A stretch of 64,000 bases of DNA from Bacteroidota bacterium (GCA_023395395.1 JAEWZH010000018.1:13187-77186), one strand, 5' to 3'; counted from the stretch's first letter, positions 31,132-42,564 are shown. Notes: a model not told the origin generated them from the sequence alone. Numbers and translations are program-made.

Positions 31132-32490
31132 ATGATGGGAGATTTTATGGACGGTGTATTGCCGATAAAGGATAAAGCGAAGAACCAGCGTACGATCATC
31201 AAGGTGATTGGAGTCGGTGGAGGTGGCGGTAATGCAGTAAACTATATGTACAGACAGAATGTGGAGAATGTCTCCTATCTGCTCTGTAATACCGACCAAC
31301 AGCATCTAGATGCTTGCGATGTCCCTCACACTATTTGTCTAGGCGAGAAGACCACTAAGGGGCTTGGGGCAGGAAATAATCCTCGTCTAGCACATGATGC
31401 TGCAGAGGAAAGTGAGGAGAAAGTGCGAGAGGCACTGAATGATGGCACAGAGATGGTATTTATCACAGCCGGTATGGGCGGTGGAACAGGTACAGGAGCT
31501 GCTCCCGTGATAGCTCGTATTGCTAAGAGTATGGGTATCCTAACGGTAGGTATCGTGACTATCCCTTTCCTCTTTGAGGGGCGTAGCAAGATCTTGCAGG
31601 CCATTGATGGAGTGGAGGAGCTGAAGAAGAATGTCGATGCTATCCTAGTAGTGAACAATGAGCTCCTGAATAAGATTTACCCAGATCTAAAGATGACGGA
31701 GGGTTTCCGAAAAGCCGATGAAACTTTGACGACTAGTACTCGCTCAATATCTGAGATGATTACCATCCCTGGAATTGTTAACCTCGACTTTAACGATGTA
31801 AAGACGACATTGGAGTCGGGAGGAGTATCAATTATCACTCGCGGCTTTGCCAGCGAAGAGGAGGGTCTTAAGAAGGCAATGCAAGAGGCACTCGACTCAC
31901 CTCTACTCAATACTTCCAACTTCAGCCAAGCTACTCGTCTATTGATTCAGGTGACTTACAAACCAGATCATGAGCCTACGACCAAGATGGCGGAGGAGCT
32001 CAAGGATATGACGGCAAAAGTGACAACTAAGTTTGACTTCATCTGGGGTATGAGCGAGCGTGATGATGAGACGATGGAAAATGATCTCGGCTTTATCTTG
32101 CTTGCTTCAGGCTTTGATGATAGTGTCATGATTGCTGATGAATACCAAGACGAGATTCCACGGAGGAGCAAGGAGGAAGAGGAAAAGACAATCGGCAACT
32201 ACTATGGGAGCGATCTTTCGCAAGCTAATACCTACAAGGAGTATGAGACTGTGATTTTTACCGATGAATTGCTGGTCAATAATGGCTTTATTTCTCTGGT
32301 CAATCAACGTCCTACACTGACGCGGTCTAAAGAGCAGTTAGAGACTATCAGGCAGTTTATCGAGGGGGATAATGGATTTGGAAATTGGAGCCCTCAATGT
32401 GTGGTCTCATATCCTAAAGAGAGTAAGCCGGTAAATAGATTTAATAGCGGAGCTTCGACTGGAGGGTTGATAAAATTTGGTGATGATTAA
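31132..32490 (+). CDS. ftsZ: Cell division protein FtsZ
   Basis: GVGGGGGNAV, GLGAG, GMGGGTGTG, NLDFNDV; start ATG 31132 (or a nearby Met). Confidence 0.95.
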   Translation: MMGDFMDGVLPIKDKAKNQRTIIKVIGVGGGGGNAVNYMYRQNVENVSYLLCNTDQQHLDACDVPHTICLGEKTTKGLGAGNNPRLAHDAAEESEEKVREALNDGTEMVFITAGMGGGTGTGAAPVIARIAKSMGILTVGIVTIPFLFEGRSKILQAIDGVEELKKNVDAILVVNNELLNKIYPDLKMTEGFRKADETLTTSTRSISEMITIPGIVNLDFNDVKTTLESGGVSIITRGFASEEEGLKKAMQEALDSPLLNTSNFSQATRLLIQVTYKPDHEPTTKMAEELKDMTAKVTTKFDFIWGMSERDDETMENDLGFILLASGFDDSVMIADEYQDEIPRRSKEEEEKTIGNYYGSDLSQANTYKEYETVIFTDELLVNNGFISLVNQRPTLTRSKEQLETIRQFIEGDNGFGNWSPQCVVSYPKESKPVNRFNSGASTGGLIKFGDD

Positions 32491-32504
32491 TTATTTTGGA
32501 ATAT

Positions 32505-32954
32505 ATGGGACTTGTAGAGCAAGTAAACGAAGGTATTAAGCAGGCAATGCTCAGTCGGGATAAGGTAAGACTAGAAGCTCTGCGTGCAATGAAAAAGGAG
32601 TTTCTTGAGGCAATGACAGCTAAGGGTGCTTCTCATGAACTTAGTGATGAGCAAGCGCTCAAGATTGTAGCTAAGTTGGTTAAGCAACGGGAAGAGAGCG
32701 CAAGTCTCTATCGTGATGCTGATCGCCTAGAGCTTGCCGAAGCTGAGGAGGCCGAATCGGAGGTATTCAAGGGATTTCTACCAGTACAACTCTCCGAGGA
32801 GGAGATTGAAGTAAAGGTAAGAGCGATTATTGACCGCCTAGGAGTAACTGATATCAAGGGTATGGGTCAAGTGATGGCTGCTGCGACTAAAGAACTTGGG
32901 GCCTCGGCTGAAGGTAAAGTAATTTCACAGATTGTCAAGAAGCTATTATCATAA
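32505..32954 (+). CDS. GatB/YqeY domain protein
   Basis: KQAM..RLEALR, KQREES, FLPVQLS, MGQVM. Confidence 0.88.
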   Translation: MGLVEQVNEGIKQAMLSRDKVRLEALRAMKKEFLEAMTAKGASHELSDEQALKIVAKLVKQREESASLYRDADRLELAEAEEAESEVFKGFLPVQLSEEEIEVKVRAIIDRLGVTDIKGMGQVMAAATKELGASAEGKVISQIVKKLLS

Positions 32955-32998
32955 ACTAAGACATTTTACAAGCTGTTTTTATATAGACGTTTTTTATC

Positions 32999-35206
32999 AT
33001 GAATGTAATCACTAAGACCATCACAATGGGTGATGGACGCACCATTACTATTGAGACAGGCAAGCTAGCGAAGCAAGCCGATGGTGCCGTAACTGTTCGC
33101 ATGGGCAACACCGTATTGTTGGCAACAGTTACAGCTGCACAGGATGCTAATCCTGGGGTAGATTTTATGCCTCTTCAGGTAGAGTATAAGGAGAAATTTT
33201 CGGCTATCGGTCGTTTCCCCGGAGGATTTACCCGTAGAGAGGGTAGGGCTTCTGACTACGAGATTTTGATTTGCCGTTTGGTTGATAGAGCTCTTCGTCC
33301 TCTTTTCCCAGAGGACTATCATGCTGAGGTCTTTGTCAATATCACCCTTTATAGCGGTGACATAAATGAGCTTCCAGACCAGCTTGCAGGTCTTGCTGCA
33401 TCTGCTGCACTTGCAGTGAGTACTGTACCTTTTCAGGGACCTATTTCCGAGGTGCGTGTGATTAGACTTGATGGTAATTTCATAGTAAATCCAACTAAAG
33501 AACAGCTCGACAAAGCCGATATTGATCTAATGGTGGCTGCCACGATGGATAATATCATGATGGTTGAGGGTGAGATGAAGGAGGTACAAGAGGCTGATAT
33601 GCTGGAGGCGATTAAGGTGGCTCATGAGGCAATCAAGGAGCAGTGCCAGATCCAGATAGAGCTGATGAAAGAGTGTGGAACTACAGAGAAGCGCACCTAT
33701 TGCCACGAGGAAAATGATGAGGAGCTCAAGAAGCAGGTGCATGATTTTTGTTACGACAAAGCTTATGCTGTAGCTACCTCTGGAACATCCAAGCATGAGC
33801 GTGGCGATGCCTTTGCTCAAATTGTTGCCGACTTCAAAGCTCAGTTTACTGAAGAGGAATTGGCGGTGAAGGAAGGGATGATCAACCGCTATTATCATGC
33901 AGTGGAAAAAGAGGCAATGCGTCGTATGATATTGGATGAAGGCAAGCGTCTTGATGGTCGTGATACCAAGACTATTCGTCCAATTTGGTGTGAGGTTGAT
34001 GCCCTCCCAGCACCTCATGGTTCATCTATTTTTACGCGAGGTGAGACTCAATCTCTGGCTACTGTTACCCTAGGGACAAAGAGCGACGAGAAGCTTGTTG
34101 ATGACGTACTCAATTATGGTAAGGATCGTTTCCTCCTCCATTATAACTTCCCTCCATTTTCTACGGGTGAGGCACGTCCACAACGTGGTGTAGGGCGTCG
34201 TGAGATTGGTCATGGCAATTTGGCTCAGCGTGCGCTTAAGGCAGTGATACCAGCAGACTATCCATACGTCATTCGTATTGTCAGCGATATCTTGGAGAGT
34301 AATGGTTCGTCTTCGATGGCAACCGTATGTGCGGGTACCCTAGCTCTTATGGATGCTGGAGTAAAGATTAAGAAACCAGTGAGCGGTATAGCCATGGGAT
34401 TGATCTCTGAGAATAAGGGTCAGAACTACGCTATCCTCTCGGATATACTTGGTGACGAGGATCATCTTGGTGATATGGACTTTAAGGTCACAGGTACTCG
34501 TGATGGTATCACAGCTACCCAAATGGATATTAAGGTAGATGGTCTTAGCTATGAAATTTTAGAGAATGCTCTTGCACAAGCCAAGGCAGGTCGAATGCAC
34601 ATTCTCGACAAGATCACTGAGGTCATCTCAGAACCACGTGCAGACTTTAAGCCACAGACTCCACGCATCGTGACAATGCGTATTCCTAAGGAGTTTATCG
34701 GTGCTGTGATTGGGCCTGGTGGTAAGATTATCCAAAGCATCCAAGAGGAGAGTGGTGCGAGTGTCAATATCGAGGAGGTAGATAATGTCGGTCTGATTGA
34801 AATAGCCGCAGCAGGTAAGGCTCCAATCGAAAAGGCACTAGAGATGATCAATGCCATTGTGGTCATTCCTGAGGTTGGCAAGGTATACGAGGGTAAGGTA
34901 AAGAGCGTAATGCCGTATGGGGCCTTTGTAGAATTCCTGCCCGGAAAGGAGGGCCTGCTACATATCTCTGAGTGGGACTGGAAGCGCTTTGAAACAATCG
35001 AGGAAACCGGTATTGAAGAGGGTCAAAAGCTACAAGTCGTACTTCTAGAGATTGACCCAAAGACTGGGAAGTTCCGTCTATCTCGCAAGGCTATTATGGA
35101 GAAGCCCGAGGGCTGGGTAGACCGACCAGAGCGTCCGCGTAATGATCGCCCACGCAATAGTGATCGCCCACGTGGAGAGCGGAATAATCACCGCGACAAC
35201 GATTGA
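32999..35206 (+). CDS. pnp: Polyribonucleotide nucleotidyltransferase
   Basis: [35 protein letters not shown] and S1 domains. Confidence 0.97.
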   Translation: MNVITKTITMGDGRTITIETGKLAKQADGAVTVRMGNTVLLATVTAAQDANPGVDFMPLQVEYKEKFSAIGRFPGGFTRREGRASDYEILICRLVDRALRPLFPEDYHAEVFVNITLYSGDINELPDQLAGLAASAALAVSTVPFQGPISEVRVIRLDGNFIVNPTKEQLDKADIDLMVAATMDNIMMVEGEMKEVQEADMLEAIKVAHEAIKEQCQIQIELMKECGTTEKRTYCHEENDEELKKQVHDFCYDKAYAVATSGTSKHERGDAFAQIVADFKAQFTEEELAVKEGMINRYYHAVEKEAMRRMILDEGKRLDGRDTKTIRPIWCEVDALPAPHGSSIFTRGETQSLATVTLGTKSDEKLVDDVLNYGKDRFLLHYNFPPFSTGEARPQRGVGRREIGHGNLAQRALKAVIPADYPYVIRIVSDILESNGSSSMATVCAGTLALMDAGVKIKKPVSGIAMGLISENKGQNYAILSDILGDEDHLGDMDFKVTGTRDGITATQMDIKVDGLSYEILENALAQAKAGRMHILDKITEVISEPRADFKPQTPRIVTMRIPKEFIGAVIGPGGKIIQSIQEESGASVNIEEVDNVGLIEIAAAGKAPIEKALEMINAIVVIPEVGKVYEGKVKSVMPYGAFVEFLPGKEGLLHISEWDWKRFETIEETGIEEGQKLQVVLLEIDPKTGKFRLSRKAIMEKPEGWVDRPERPRNDRPRNSDRPRGERNNHRDND

Positions 35207-35222
35207 TAGAAATACATAATCT

Positions 35223-35270
35223 ATAGGGTGACTATCGAGATATTATTATCTTGGTAGTCACCCTATGTTT
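35223..35270 (+). terminator. Hairpin/terminator after pnp
   Basis: ATAGGGTGACTA / TAGTCACCCTAT stem. Confidence 0.7.
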
Positions 35271-35373
35271 AATGGATAAAGTAATCTAAGCATGGTGTAT
35301 ATTGTTAAAAATATTTAGTAACTTTGTAAGGGTAAGAAGCAATAATATAACCAACACTATAAATAGATTTTAT

Positions 35374-37782
35374 ATGAAGAAAGTACTGAAGGTTGTGCTG
35401 GCAACTGTTGCAACTGCTGTAGCTATAGTAGCTTGTAGTGAGGGAGCGAGTACCATTGTGGATCATCCGTACAATGCGGGTATCAACATTATCCCAATGC
35501 CATTATCGCTAGAGCAGACGGGAGAGGGAAGCTTTGAGCTTACCAAGAATGTCGCTTTTGTCGCTGATGGAGAGGAACTATCGCAGATTTCTGAATTCTT
35601 CGCTGCAAAGATTAAGGGTTCTACTGGATTTGATTTACAGACGATTGTCACAAGCAAAAACCCTAAGCAGGAGATCGCTTTTGTACTTGTTGGAGCTGAT
35701 GTGGTACCGGCAAATGAAGGATATACACTGGACGTATCCGCTGATGGTATCAAGATTCAGGCTCAGACACCGAGAGGAATCTTCTGGGGTATGCAGACGC
35801 TTCTCCAGCTACTCCCTGCTGAGATTGAGAGTCACGATGTCATCCGAAATGTCGAGTGGAAGATTCCTTACGTTTCGGTAGTTGATGAACCTCGATTTGG
35901 CTACAGAGGACAGCATCTCGATCCATGTCGCCACTTCCTCACGGTAGAAGAGACCAAGAAGTTTATTGATGTCCTCTCGATGCTTAAAATCAATAAGATG
36001 CACTGGCATCTAACAGAAGATCAAGGCTGGCGTATTGAGAGCAAGGTATTTCCAAAGCTCACCGAGGTGGCAAGCAAGCGCATCGAGGGTGATGGGAGTA
36101 CTTATGGACCATTCTTCTACACTCAGGAGGAGATCAAAGATATTGTGGCGTATGCTAAGGATCGCTATGTAGAAGTAATCCCTGAAATTGAATTTCCAGG
36201 GCATAATGTAGGAGTAATCACTGCATATCCTCAGCTTGGATGTTGGGGAGAAGAATTCCCTTATGAGGTAAGGAATATTTGGGGTGTCTCAGACGAAGTA
36301 CTTTGTGCTGGTAATGATGAGGTGTTTGAGTTTGCCCAGAAGATACTAGATGAGATTATCCCCCTATTTGATAGCGAGTACTTCCATATCGGAGGAGATG
36401 AGGCTCCCAAGCGTATCTGGGCGCAGTGCCCTAAGTGCCAAGCCCGCATCAAGGCAGAGGGTCTAAAGGATGAGTATGAATTACAGAGCTACTTTATCCA
36501 CCGAATTGAGGAGATTGTACTGAGTCACGGCAAAAAGATGATTGGCTGGGAGGAAATCCTAGAGGGAGGCTTAGCTCCTAGTGCGATTGTGATGAGTTGG
36601 ACAGGTGAGCAGGGCGGTATCACTTCTGCCAATATGGGGCATGATGTGATAATGACTCCTGCAAGTGGAGGTCTTTATATCGACCACTATCAGGGTGATC
36701 CAGCTATCGAACCTCAGGCTATTGGTGGTTTTTCGACTTTGGAAAGGGTGTATAGCTACAATCCTATTCCTGATGCTATCGAGGGAGATAAGCGTCACCA
36801 TGTCTTGGGCGTGCAGGCAAATCTTTGGTCAGAGTATTTCTATGAGAGTTGGCAAAACGAGTACCACGCTTTTCCTCGTGAGATAGCAGTGGCTGAGATT
36901 GCTTGGACACCTCTAGAAAAGAAGGATTTTGCAGACTTTGAGCGTCGTCTGCAGAATATGCAGAAGCGTCTCGACTACCACGATATGATGTACTATATCC
37001 CACAACCTGAGCAGCAGAATTTGGGAGGAAGTATCAATACCGTTGCCTTTGTCGATAGTACCACTCAGGCGTTTAAGACCAATAGCCACGTGCATAAGGT
37101 GATTTATACACTTGATGGTTCAGAGCCTACTGCAACAAATGGTACTGAGTATTCCGAGCCACTTACCTTTACTGAAGATGCTACATTAAAAATCAGATCT
37201 CTTGTCCTTGGAGGCAAGATGAGTCCTGTACGTGAGATCAATATTCTCAAGCAGGCTTATGCTCCAGCCGTTGCACAGGTTGAGGATGGAGGGATTGCCA
37301 AAGGCATTAACTTCGGTGTCAAGCATGGTCGCTTTACCAAGGCTGATGAGGTGCTAGCACTTCCAACTGATAGCCTCCAGTGGAGCGAAGGTATTGAATT
37401 CTCCAAGAGTGGTCTGCCGTTCTACATTGAGAATCGATTGGAACACCTTATGGCCAATGTCAATCACTTTGGTGGTATCTACGAAGGATATATCAATATC
37501 CCAGAGGATGGTGTTTATCGCTTCAGTTCATTGCATCCCAAACTCTGGCTCAATGATCAGCTGATTATTGATAATGAGGGAGAGGTGATGAAGACGGCTC
37601 GTCGAGATACCTCTTTAGCACTCGGCAAAGGTCTACACAAGATCAAGATCGTGACGATTGGGGAAATACAAGGGGGATGGCCTACTTTCTGGAACGATGT
37701 TCGTCTTCGGTGGTCACGGATGGATAGAGGAGAGAAGCTAGCGTTTATTCCTGATGAAGCTTTCTTCCACTCGGTGAAGTAA
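35374..37782 (+). CDS. Beta-N-acetylhexosaminidase (GH20) lipoprotein with C-terminal chitobiase-like and PA14-like domains
   Basis: Signal peptide MKKVLK..IVAC lipobox, HWHLTEDQGWR, HIGGDE, YTLDGSEP; TAACTTTG at 35319-35326. Confidence 0.9.
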   Translation: MKKVLKVVLATVATAVAIVACSEGASTIVDHPYNAGINIIPMPLSLEQTGEGSFELTKNVAFVADGEELSQISEFFAAKIKGSTGFDLQTIVTSKNPKQEIAFVLVGADVVPANEGYTLDVSADGIKIQAQTPRGIFWGMQTLLQLLPAEIESHDVIRNVEWKIPYVSVVDEPRFGYRGQHLDPCRHFLTVEETKKFIDVLSMLKINKMHWHLTEDQGWRIESKVFPKLTEVASKRIEGDGSTYGPFFYTQEEIKDIVAYAKDRYVEVIPEIEFPGHNVGVITAYPQLGCWGEEFPYEVRNIWGVSDEVLCAGNDEVFEFAQKILDEIIPLFDSEYFHIGGDEAPKRIWAQCPKCQARIKAEGLKDEYELQSYFIHRIEEIVLSHGKKMIGWEEILEGGLAPSAIVMSWTGEQGGITSANMGHDVIMTPASGGLYIDHYQGDPAIEPQAIGGFSTLERVYSYNPIPDAIEGDKRHHVLGVQANLWSEYFYESWQNEYHAFPREIAVAEIAWTPLEKKDFADFERRLQNMQKRLDYHDMMYYIPQPEQQNLGGSINTVAFVDSTTQAFKTNSHVHKVIYTLDGSEPTATNGTEYSEPLTFTEDATLKIRSLVLGGKMSPVREINILKQAYAPAVAQVEDGGIAKGINFGVKHGRFTKADEVLALPTDSLQWSEGIEFSKSGLPFYIENRLEHLMANVNHFGGIYEGYINIPEDGVYRFSSLHPKLWLNDQLIIDNEGEVMKTARRDTSLALGKGLHKIKIVTIGEIQGGWPTFWNDVRLRWSRMDRGEKLAFIPDEAFFHSVK

Positions 37783-37801
37783 GTGACCTGTAGACTAAGC
37801 T

Positions 37802-37843
37802 TAAAGGCGGTCCGTATCTCCTTTGGTACTGACCGCCTTTATT
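37802..37843 (+). terminator. Terminator after the GH20 gene
   Basis: TAAAGGCGGTC / GACCGCCTTTA. Confidence 0.7.
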
Positions 37844-37859
37844 GCTACCTTTGCAGAGT

Positions 37860-38216
37860 ATGAATGTTTCTGAGGAATATGCACGATATGCGGCAGATCA
37901 GTGCTCTGGCGCTGGGGAGATAAGATTACGCAAGATGTTTGGGGTATACTGCCTCTATTGCAATGACAAAGTGGTAGCCTTTCTCCAGCAGGATGAGTTT
38001 TTGCTCAAGCCAACGGAAGAGGCTCGTCCATTACTTAAGGAGGTGATAGAGAAAGAACTCTTTCCTGGGTCGAGCGGTTTTTTTAGCATCACCGACATTG
38101 ATAACCATCGGTACATGTCGGAGATTGTCCGTGCCACTTATGAAGCTCTACCTCCCCCTAAGCCTAAGAAACTCAAAAAGAGAGGAGGGCTGAAAGCAAT
38201 TTTGGATGAAAGATAG
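37860..38216 (+). CDS. TfoX/Sxy N-terminal domain protein
   Basis: RKMFGVYCLYC, LLKPT, C-terminal LPPPKPKK. Confidence 0.8.
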   Translation: MNVSEEYARYAADQCSGAGEIRLRKMFGVYCLYCNDKVVAFLQQDEFLLKPTEEARPLLKEVIEKELFPGSSGFFSITDIDNHRYMSEIVRATYEALPPPKPKKLKKRGGLKAILDER

Positions 38217-38220
38217 GTAC

Positions 38221-38262
38221 AAAAAAACTACGCAGATACCGTTTGGAATCTGCGTAGTTTTT
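38221..38262. terminator. Bidirectional terminator between convergent tfoX-like and clpC
   Basis: AAAAACTACGCAGAT / ATCTGCGTAGTTTTT. Confidence 0.85.
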
Positions 38263-38267
38263 AATTA

Positions 38268-40412
38268 TTACTTAGTCGCTATCTCAGGTTGGAGCAATCG
38301 CAGCTTCTCAGGCGACCTCCCCTTGTCTACATCAATTAAGTAGCTGCCACCCGGAGCCACTTCCCCATCAATAATTGCTTGAGTAATCAAGTCCTCCACA
38401 AATTGTGCTATCGCACGATTGAGTGGGCGTGCTCCTAGCTTAGAGTCATATCCCTTATCGGCGAGGAATATGCGTGCCTTATTGCTATAATCAATGGTAA
38501 TCTCTAAAGCTTCAAGTCTGGTATTTAACTCTTGTAGCTGAATATCTACAATCGAGCGAATCACTTCAGGGCTAAGGGCATTGAAGGTCACAATTTTGTC
38601 GATACGATTGAGGAATTCGGGCGCAAAGCTCTTCTTAAGCATCTTTTGAATTACCTCTTGCGAAAGCCTACTTATCTCCTCGGAGGTAGCATCTCGGAAT
38701 CCAATGCCAGTGCCAAAATCATCCAGCTGACGAGTCCCTACATTGGAGGTCATAATCACAATCGTATTTTTAAAATTGACCTTGCTACCATTGCTATCGG
38801 TGAGTACACCATCATCCAGTAGTTGTAGTAGGATATTATGGACATCTCCGTGCGCCTTTTCGATTTCATCAAAGAGAATCACTGAGTATGGTCTACGCTT
38901 CACCTTTTTGGTTAGCTCTCCTCCCTCATCATATCCGACATATCCGGGAGGGGCACCGACCAACCTAGATACGGTATGGCGCTCCATAAATTCACTCATG
39001 TCCACACGAATCATCGCATCCTCACTGCCAAATAGCTCCTTAGCCAGATTCTTAGCTAGGTGGGTCTTACCAACCCCTGAAGAACCCAGAAATAGGAACG
39101 AACCGATAGGCTTTTGCGGGTTGCGCAAACCTATCTTATTGCGCTGAATAGCACTGGCGATGGCGTCGATGACATGGTCTTGCCCCTTTACCTTGGCTTT
39201 GAGCCTATCGGCTAATCCAGCAAGGGAAGCGAGATCATCCTTGGTAAAAGACTCAACAGGGATACCACTCGAGAGTGATATGACCTTTTGTATCTCCGCT
39301 ACTCCTACTATCACCTTTTCGGTAAGCATCTCGCCACGCTCTAGACGAGACTTATACTGGTCAAACTCCTCTATCGCTACCTTCTCTTCGTCCCGATACC
39401 TGATAGCAAGCTCATAGTTGCTTTCATTTACTGCCTTTTGCTTCATCGCTCTTGCCTCATTGATTTTTGCCTCGAAGTGCGAAAGATCTACAGGCTTTTG
39501 ATTTGCCATAAAAGCATAAGCACCGGCTTCGTCTATTGCATCAATCGCCTTGTCAGGGAAGAAGCGATCCGTTACATATTGTGCAGTTAGCTTCACCGCG
39601 GCTTGAAGAGCATCATCGGTGTAGTGGACATGATGGTGTGCCTCATATCTTGGTTGAAGTTTATAAAGTATCCGAAGTGTCTCGGACGCATCTGGAGCCT
39701 CTACGATTATCTTTTGAAATCTCCGCTCCATGGCACCATCTCTCTCAATCGTCTTGCGATATTCCTCTAGGGTAGTAGCACCAATCACTTTGATTTCTCC
39801 TCGAGAAAGTGCAGGTTTGAGTATATTGGCAGCATCTAGTCCCCCCTGGCTATTTCCGCTACCCATAAGGGTATGAATCTCGTCAATATAGAGGATGATA
39901 TCCGGATTGGCCTTCAATTCCCTAATCATCCCTTTCATGCGCTCCTCAAACTGACCTCTATACATTGATCCCGCTACCATGCTAGCAAGGTCAATTGAGA
40001 TGATACGCTTATTGAGAAGAGTGATGGGGACATCGTTCGCTACAATCTTTTGCGCCAACGCCTCTACGATGGCGGTCTTTCCGACTCCTGGTTCGCCAAG
40101 AAGGATAGGATTATTCTTCTTCTTCCTCGTTAATATCTGAGCGATGCGTTGGATTTCATTCTCACGCCCGTGGATAGGATCTAATTTGTTCTGCCTAGCT
40201 AGATCGTTGAGCCAAGTGCCATATTGGTCTAGAGTAGGGGTGTCAGACTTCCCCTTACCTCCACCACTTGAATCTTTGCTAGACTCCTTTACTCCGTCAC
40301 TTTCCTTACGATTGTCTTCCTCCTTGCCAAATAGTTCACCAAGGTCTTCATCAGGAAAGTTCGGGATTGACGCCATTATCTCCTGTGTATATTGTCTCTC
40401 TCTTTGCTTCAT
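38268..40412 (-). CDS. clpC: ClpC-type AAA+ chaperone lacking the N-terminal Clp repeat domain
   Basis: Two AAA modules ([29 protein letters not shown]), UVR-type middle coil [16 protein letters not shown] ClpP-docking loop. Confidence 0.8.
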   Translation of the reverse strand: MKQRERQYTQEIMASIPNFPDEDLGELFGKEEDNRKESDGVKESSKDSSGGGKGKSDTPTLDQYGTWLNDLARQNKLDPIHGRENEIQRIAQILTRKKKNNPILLGEPGVGKTAIVEALAQKIVANDVPITLLNKRIISIDLASMVAGSMYRGQFEERMKGMIRELKANPDIILYIDEIHTLMGSGNSQGGLDAANILKPALSRGEIKVIGATTLEEYRKTIERDGAMERRFQKIIVEAPDASETLRILYKLQPRYEAHHHVHYTDDALQAAVKLTAQYVTDRFFPDKAIDAIDEAGAYAFMANQKPVDLSHFEAKINEARAMKQKAVNESNYELAIRYRDEEKVAIEEFDQYKSRLERGEMLTEKVIVGVAEIQKVISLSSGIPVESFTKDDLASLAGLADRLKAKVKGQDHVIDAIASAIQRNKIGLRNPQKPIGSFLFLGSSGVGKTHLAKNLAKELFGSEDAMIRVDMSEFMERHTVSRLVGAPPGYVGYDEGGELTKKVKRRPYSVILFDEIEKAHGDVHNILLQLLDDGVLTDSNGSKVNFKNTIVIMTSNVGTRQLDDFGTGIGFRDATSEEISRLSQEVIQKMLKKSFAPEFLNRIDKIVTFNALSPEVIRSIVDIQLQELNTRLEALEITIDYSNKARIFLADKGYDSKLGARPLNRAIAQFVEDLITQAIIDGEVAPGGSYLIDVDKGRSPEKLRLLQPEIATK

Positions 40413-40415
40413 ATC

Positions 40416-40458
40416 AAAAATCCCCTCATATAAGTGTCTTTATACACTCATGAGGGGA
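40416..40458 (-). terminator. Terminator-like hairpin after the cytidylate kinase-like gene
   Basis: TCCCCTCAT / ATGAGGGGA with A5 on the left. Confidence 0.65.
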
Positions 40459-40471
40459 CTATAAATAAATA

Positions 40472-41134
40472 TCATCCTAATTCTATTGGAAAACCTCGCC
40501 TCCTCATGAGCTCTACTATCATATCCACCGCATAATCTATGCCAATGGACGAAAGCTTGATGGATAAGTCATAATTGTCAGCTCTACCCCAGTGGCGAGA
40601 GGTGTAATAGTTGTAGTATTCCCTACGACCTTTGTCTACCTTTTCTACCTCAGCCATAGCTTCTTCAAAAGTCTCTATCCCGCAACGGTCTTGTATATGC
40701 TTGGCTCTTAGTTCTATATCTTCAGCCACATATATAGATAGGAGGTTTGGATGTTCACGTAGTACATAGTCAGCGCACCTGCCGACAAATATGGCAGAAC
40801 CTTTGATGGCTAGCTTCTGAATAGTTTCAGCTTGTAACGTAAAGAGATGATCATTGGAGAGATAGTTATTGGCATACATATAGAAGGTGTTGGGCATGCC
40901 TAGCGTGCCACCAATTACGAGTGGCATCTCATAGGTATTCTTTTCGTCTGCTTTTTCAAAGAGTTCCCTTCTGATGTTGCTATCCTCAGCTGCCTTGTCG
41001 AGAAGCTCCTTCTCGTAAAGCTTCACCTTGAGCCTTTGTTGTAGTGCACAAGCCACCTTGTAGCCACCACTCCCAAAGGAGCGACCGATACAAATGGCAA
41101 AATTGCTCTTGGGGTAAATCATCTCATTTTCCAT
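40472..41134 (-). CDS. Cytidylate kinase-like family protein
   Basis: IGRSFGSGG, FVGRCADYVL, DKGRREYYNYYT, YDLSI. Confidence 0.85.
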   Translation of the reverse strand: MENEMIYPKSNFAICIGRSFGSGGYKVACALQQRLKVKLYEKELLDKAAEDSNIRRELFEKADEKNTYEMPLVIGGTLGMPNTFYMYANNYLSNDHLFTLQAETIQKLAIKGSAIFVGRCADYVLREHPNLLSIYVAEDIELRAKHIQDRCGIETFEEAMAEVEKVDKGRREYYNYYTSRHWGRADNYDLSIKLSSIGIDYAVDMIVELMRRRGFPIELG

Positions 41135-41139
41135 AATCA

Positions 41140-42438
41140 CTAAAAGTATTTCTTGGCAGGAAATTGCTCCATAACAGAGCGTTCCAATTCTTCTCTAAAC
41201 TTCGGGTGTGCGATACTAACGAGTGCCATGGCTCTTTCGAGCTCGGTACGACCCGAGAGCGCAGCCACGCCATACTCCGTCACCACATAGTCGATATCAT
41301 TGCGGAGTGTGGTCACCACATTTCTACTGCCTAGGGTAGGGGCGATACGAGAGAGTTCACCACCTTTTGCAGTAGATTGGATAGCAATAATACTCTTACC
41401 GCCTTCAGACAGGCGGATTCCGCGGACATAGTCAAACTGACCTCCTGATCCACTAAACATCTTACCACCCACCTTTTCAGCACAGACCTGACCATAAAGA
41501 TCCACCTCAATACATGAGTTGATAGAGATCATACGAGGATTTTTGCCAATGATATAGGGGTTGTTCATAAGATCCACCGGGTACTGCTCAAAGTCCTTAT
41601 TCCCATCGAGGAAGTCATATAGTGCTTGATCACCCATCGTGAAAGCCGCAGCCATTTTGCCCTGATGGATGCCCTTGTACCGACCTGTAATGGCTCCGCT
41701 CTTATATAGCCCCAACACCCCAGGCGTGAGTAGTTCGGTATGAATCCCCAGATCTTTGTGGTTGGTAAGGAGAGAAAGCACAGCATCAGGTAGTGCTCCA
41801 ATGCCAATTTGAAGCGTAGCTCTATCTGGAACCAGCTCGGCACAATAGGCTGCAATTTTTTTGTCCATCTCGCTTTGCTCTGCACTAGGTACGAGATGAG
41901 GCTGAGAACTATGCTCTACAATCACATCAATTTCATCAGCGGTAAGGAAGTTATCACCACCGACAAATGGGAGCTGGTCATTGACCACGACCATTACTTT
42001 CTTGGCAAATCTCGCTGCAGGGAGTCCGAAGTCGCTCGAGAGGCTACAGCTATACCTGCCCTCCTTGTCCGGAGGAGTTACTTGTAGGATAGCCCAATCC
42101 GGTTCAAAACTACCTCCCGGAGCAAATAGGGAAGGCACCTGTGAAAAGTGTCGTGGAATAAAGTCTGCTCGTCCCTCATTTACGGCATCGCGCATCGCAC
42201 GTCCACTGAGAAAAGGTGAGCAAACCCTCATGTGTCTTTCCATACCAGGCTCCAAGTGAATAGGGGTGCCCAAGTATATGAGGTGAAATAACCTTAGGCT
42301 GGAGAAGCGCTCCTTTTGCCTCACAATTTCCTCCACTACACAGTTGGGGGTTACTGCTCCGTGACTGAGTACGAGCTTTTCGCCGTCCTTTATTTCCGCT
42401 ACAGCTTCTCTGAGCGTCATTACTTTTGCTTTTTGCAT
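41140..42438 (-). CDS. Acetyl-CoA hydrolase/CoA-transferase (4-hydroxybutyrate CoA-transferase-like)
   Basis: LQIGIGALP, GIHTE, SGSGGQFDY, VTEYGVA, IAHPKFR. Confidence 0.9.
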   Translation of the reverse strand: MQKAKVMTLREAVAEIKDGEKLVLSHGAVTPNCVVEEIVRQKERFSSLRLFHLIYLGTPIHLEPGMERHMRVCSPFLSGRAMRDAVNEGRADFIPRHFSQVPSLFAPGGSFEPDWAILQVTPPDKEGRYSCSLSSDFGLPAARFAKKVMVVVNDQLPFVGGDNFLTADEIDVIVEHSSQPHLVPSAEQSEMDKKIAAYCAELVPDRATLQIGIGALPDAVLSLLTNHKDLGIHTELLTPGVLGLYKSGAITGRYKGIHQGKMAAAFTMGDQALYDFLDGNKDFEQYPVDLMNNPYIIGKNPRMISINSCIEVDLYGQVCAEKVGGKMFSGSGGQFDYVRGIRLSEGGKSIIAIQSTAKGGELSRIAPTLGSRNVVTTLRNDIDYVVTEYGVAALSGRTELERAMALVSIAHPKFREELERSVMEQFPAKKYF

Positions 42439-42564
42439 GTTGCTATTTAATCGTTATCCAATATTAATATGCATGTATAGGTTAAATTCTTTCCCTCTCC
42501 CCACAAATTTACCACTTTTTTTGCTCTATATGGATATTTCCTCAGCCTGATTGGGAAAAATCTC

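Noticed and set aside
35100..35206. RP/RND repeats at the PNPase C-terminus
   Set aside because: Low-complexity Arg-rich tails are ordinary for PNPase.
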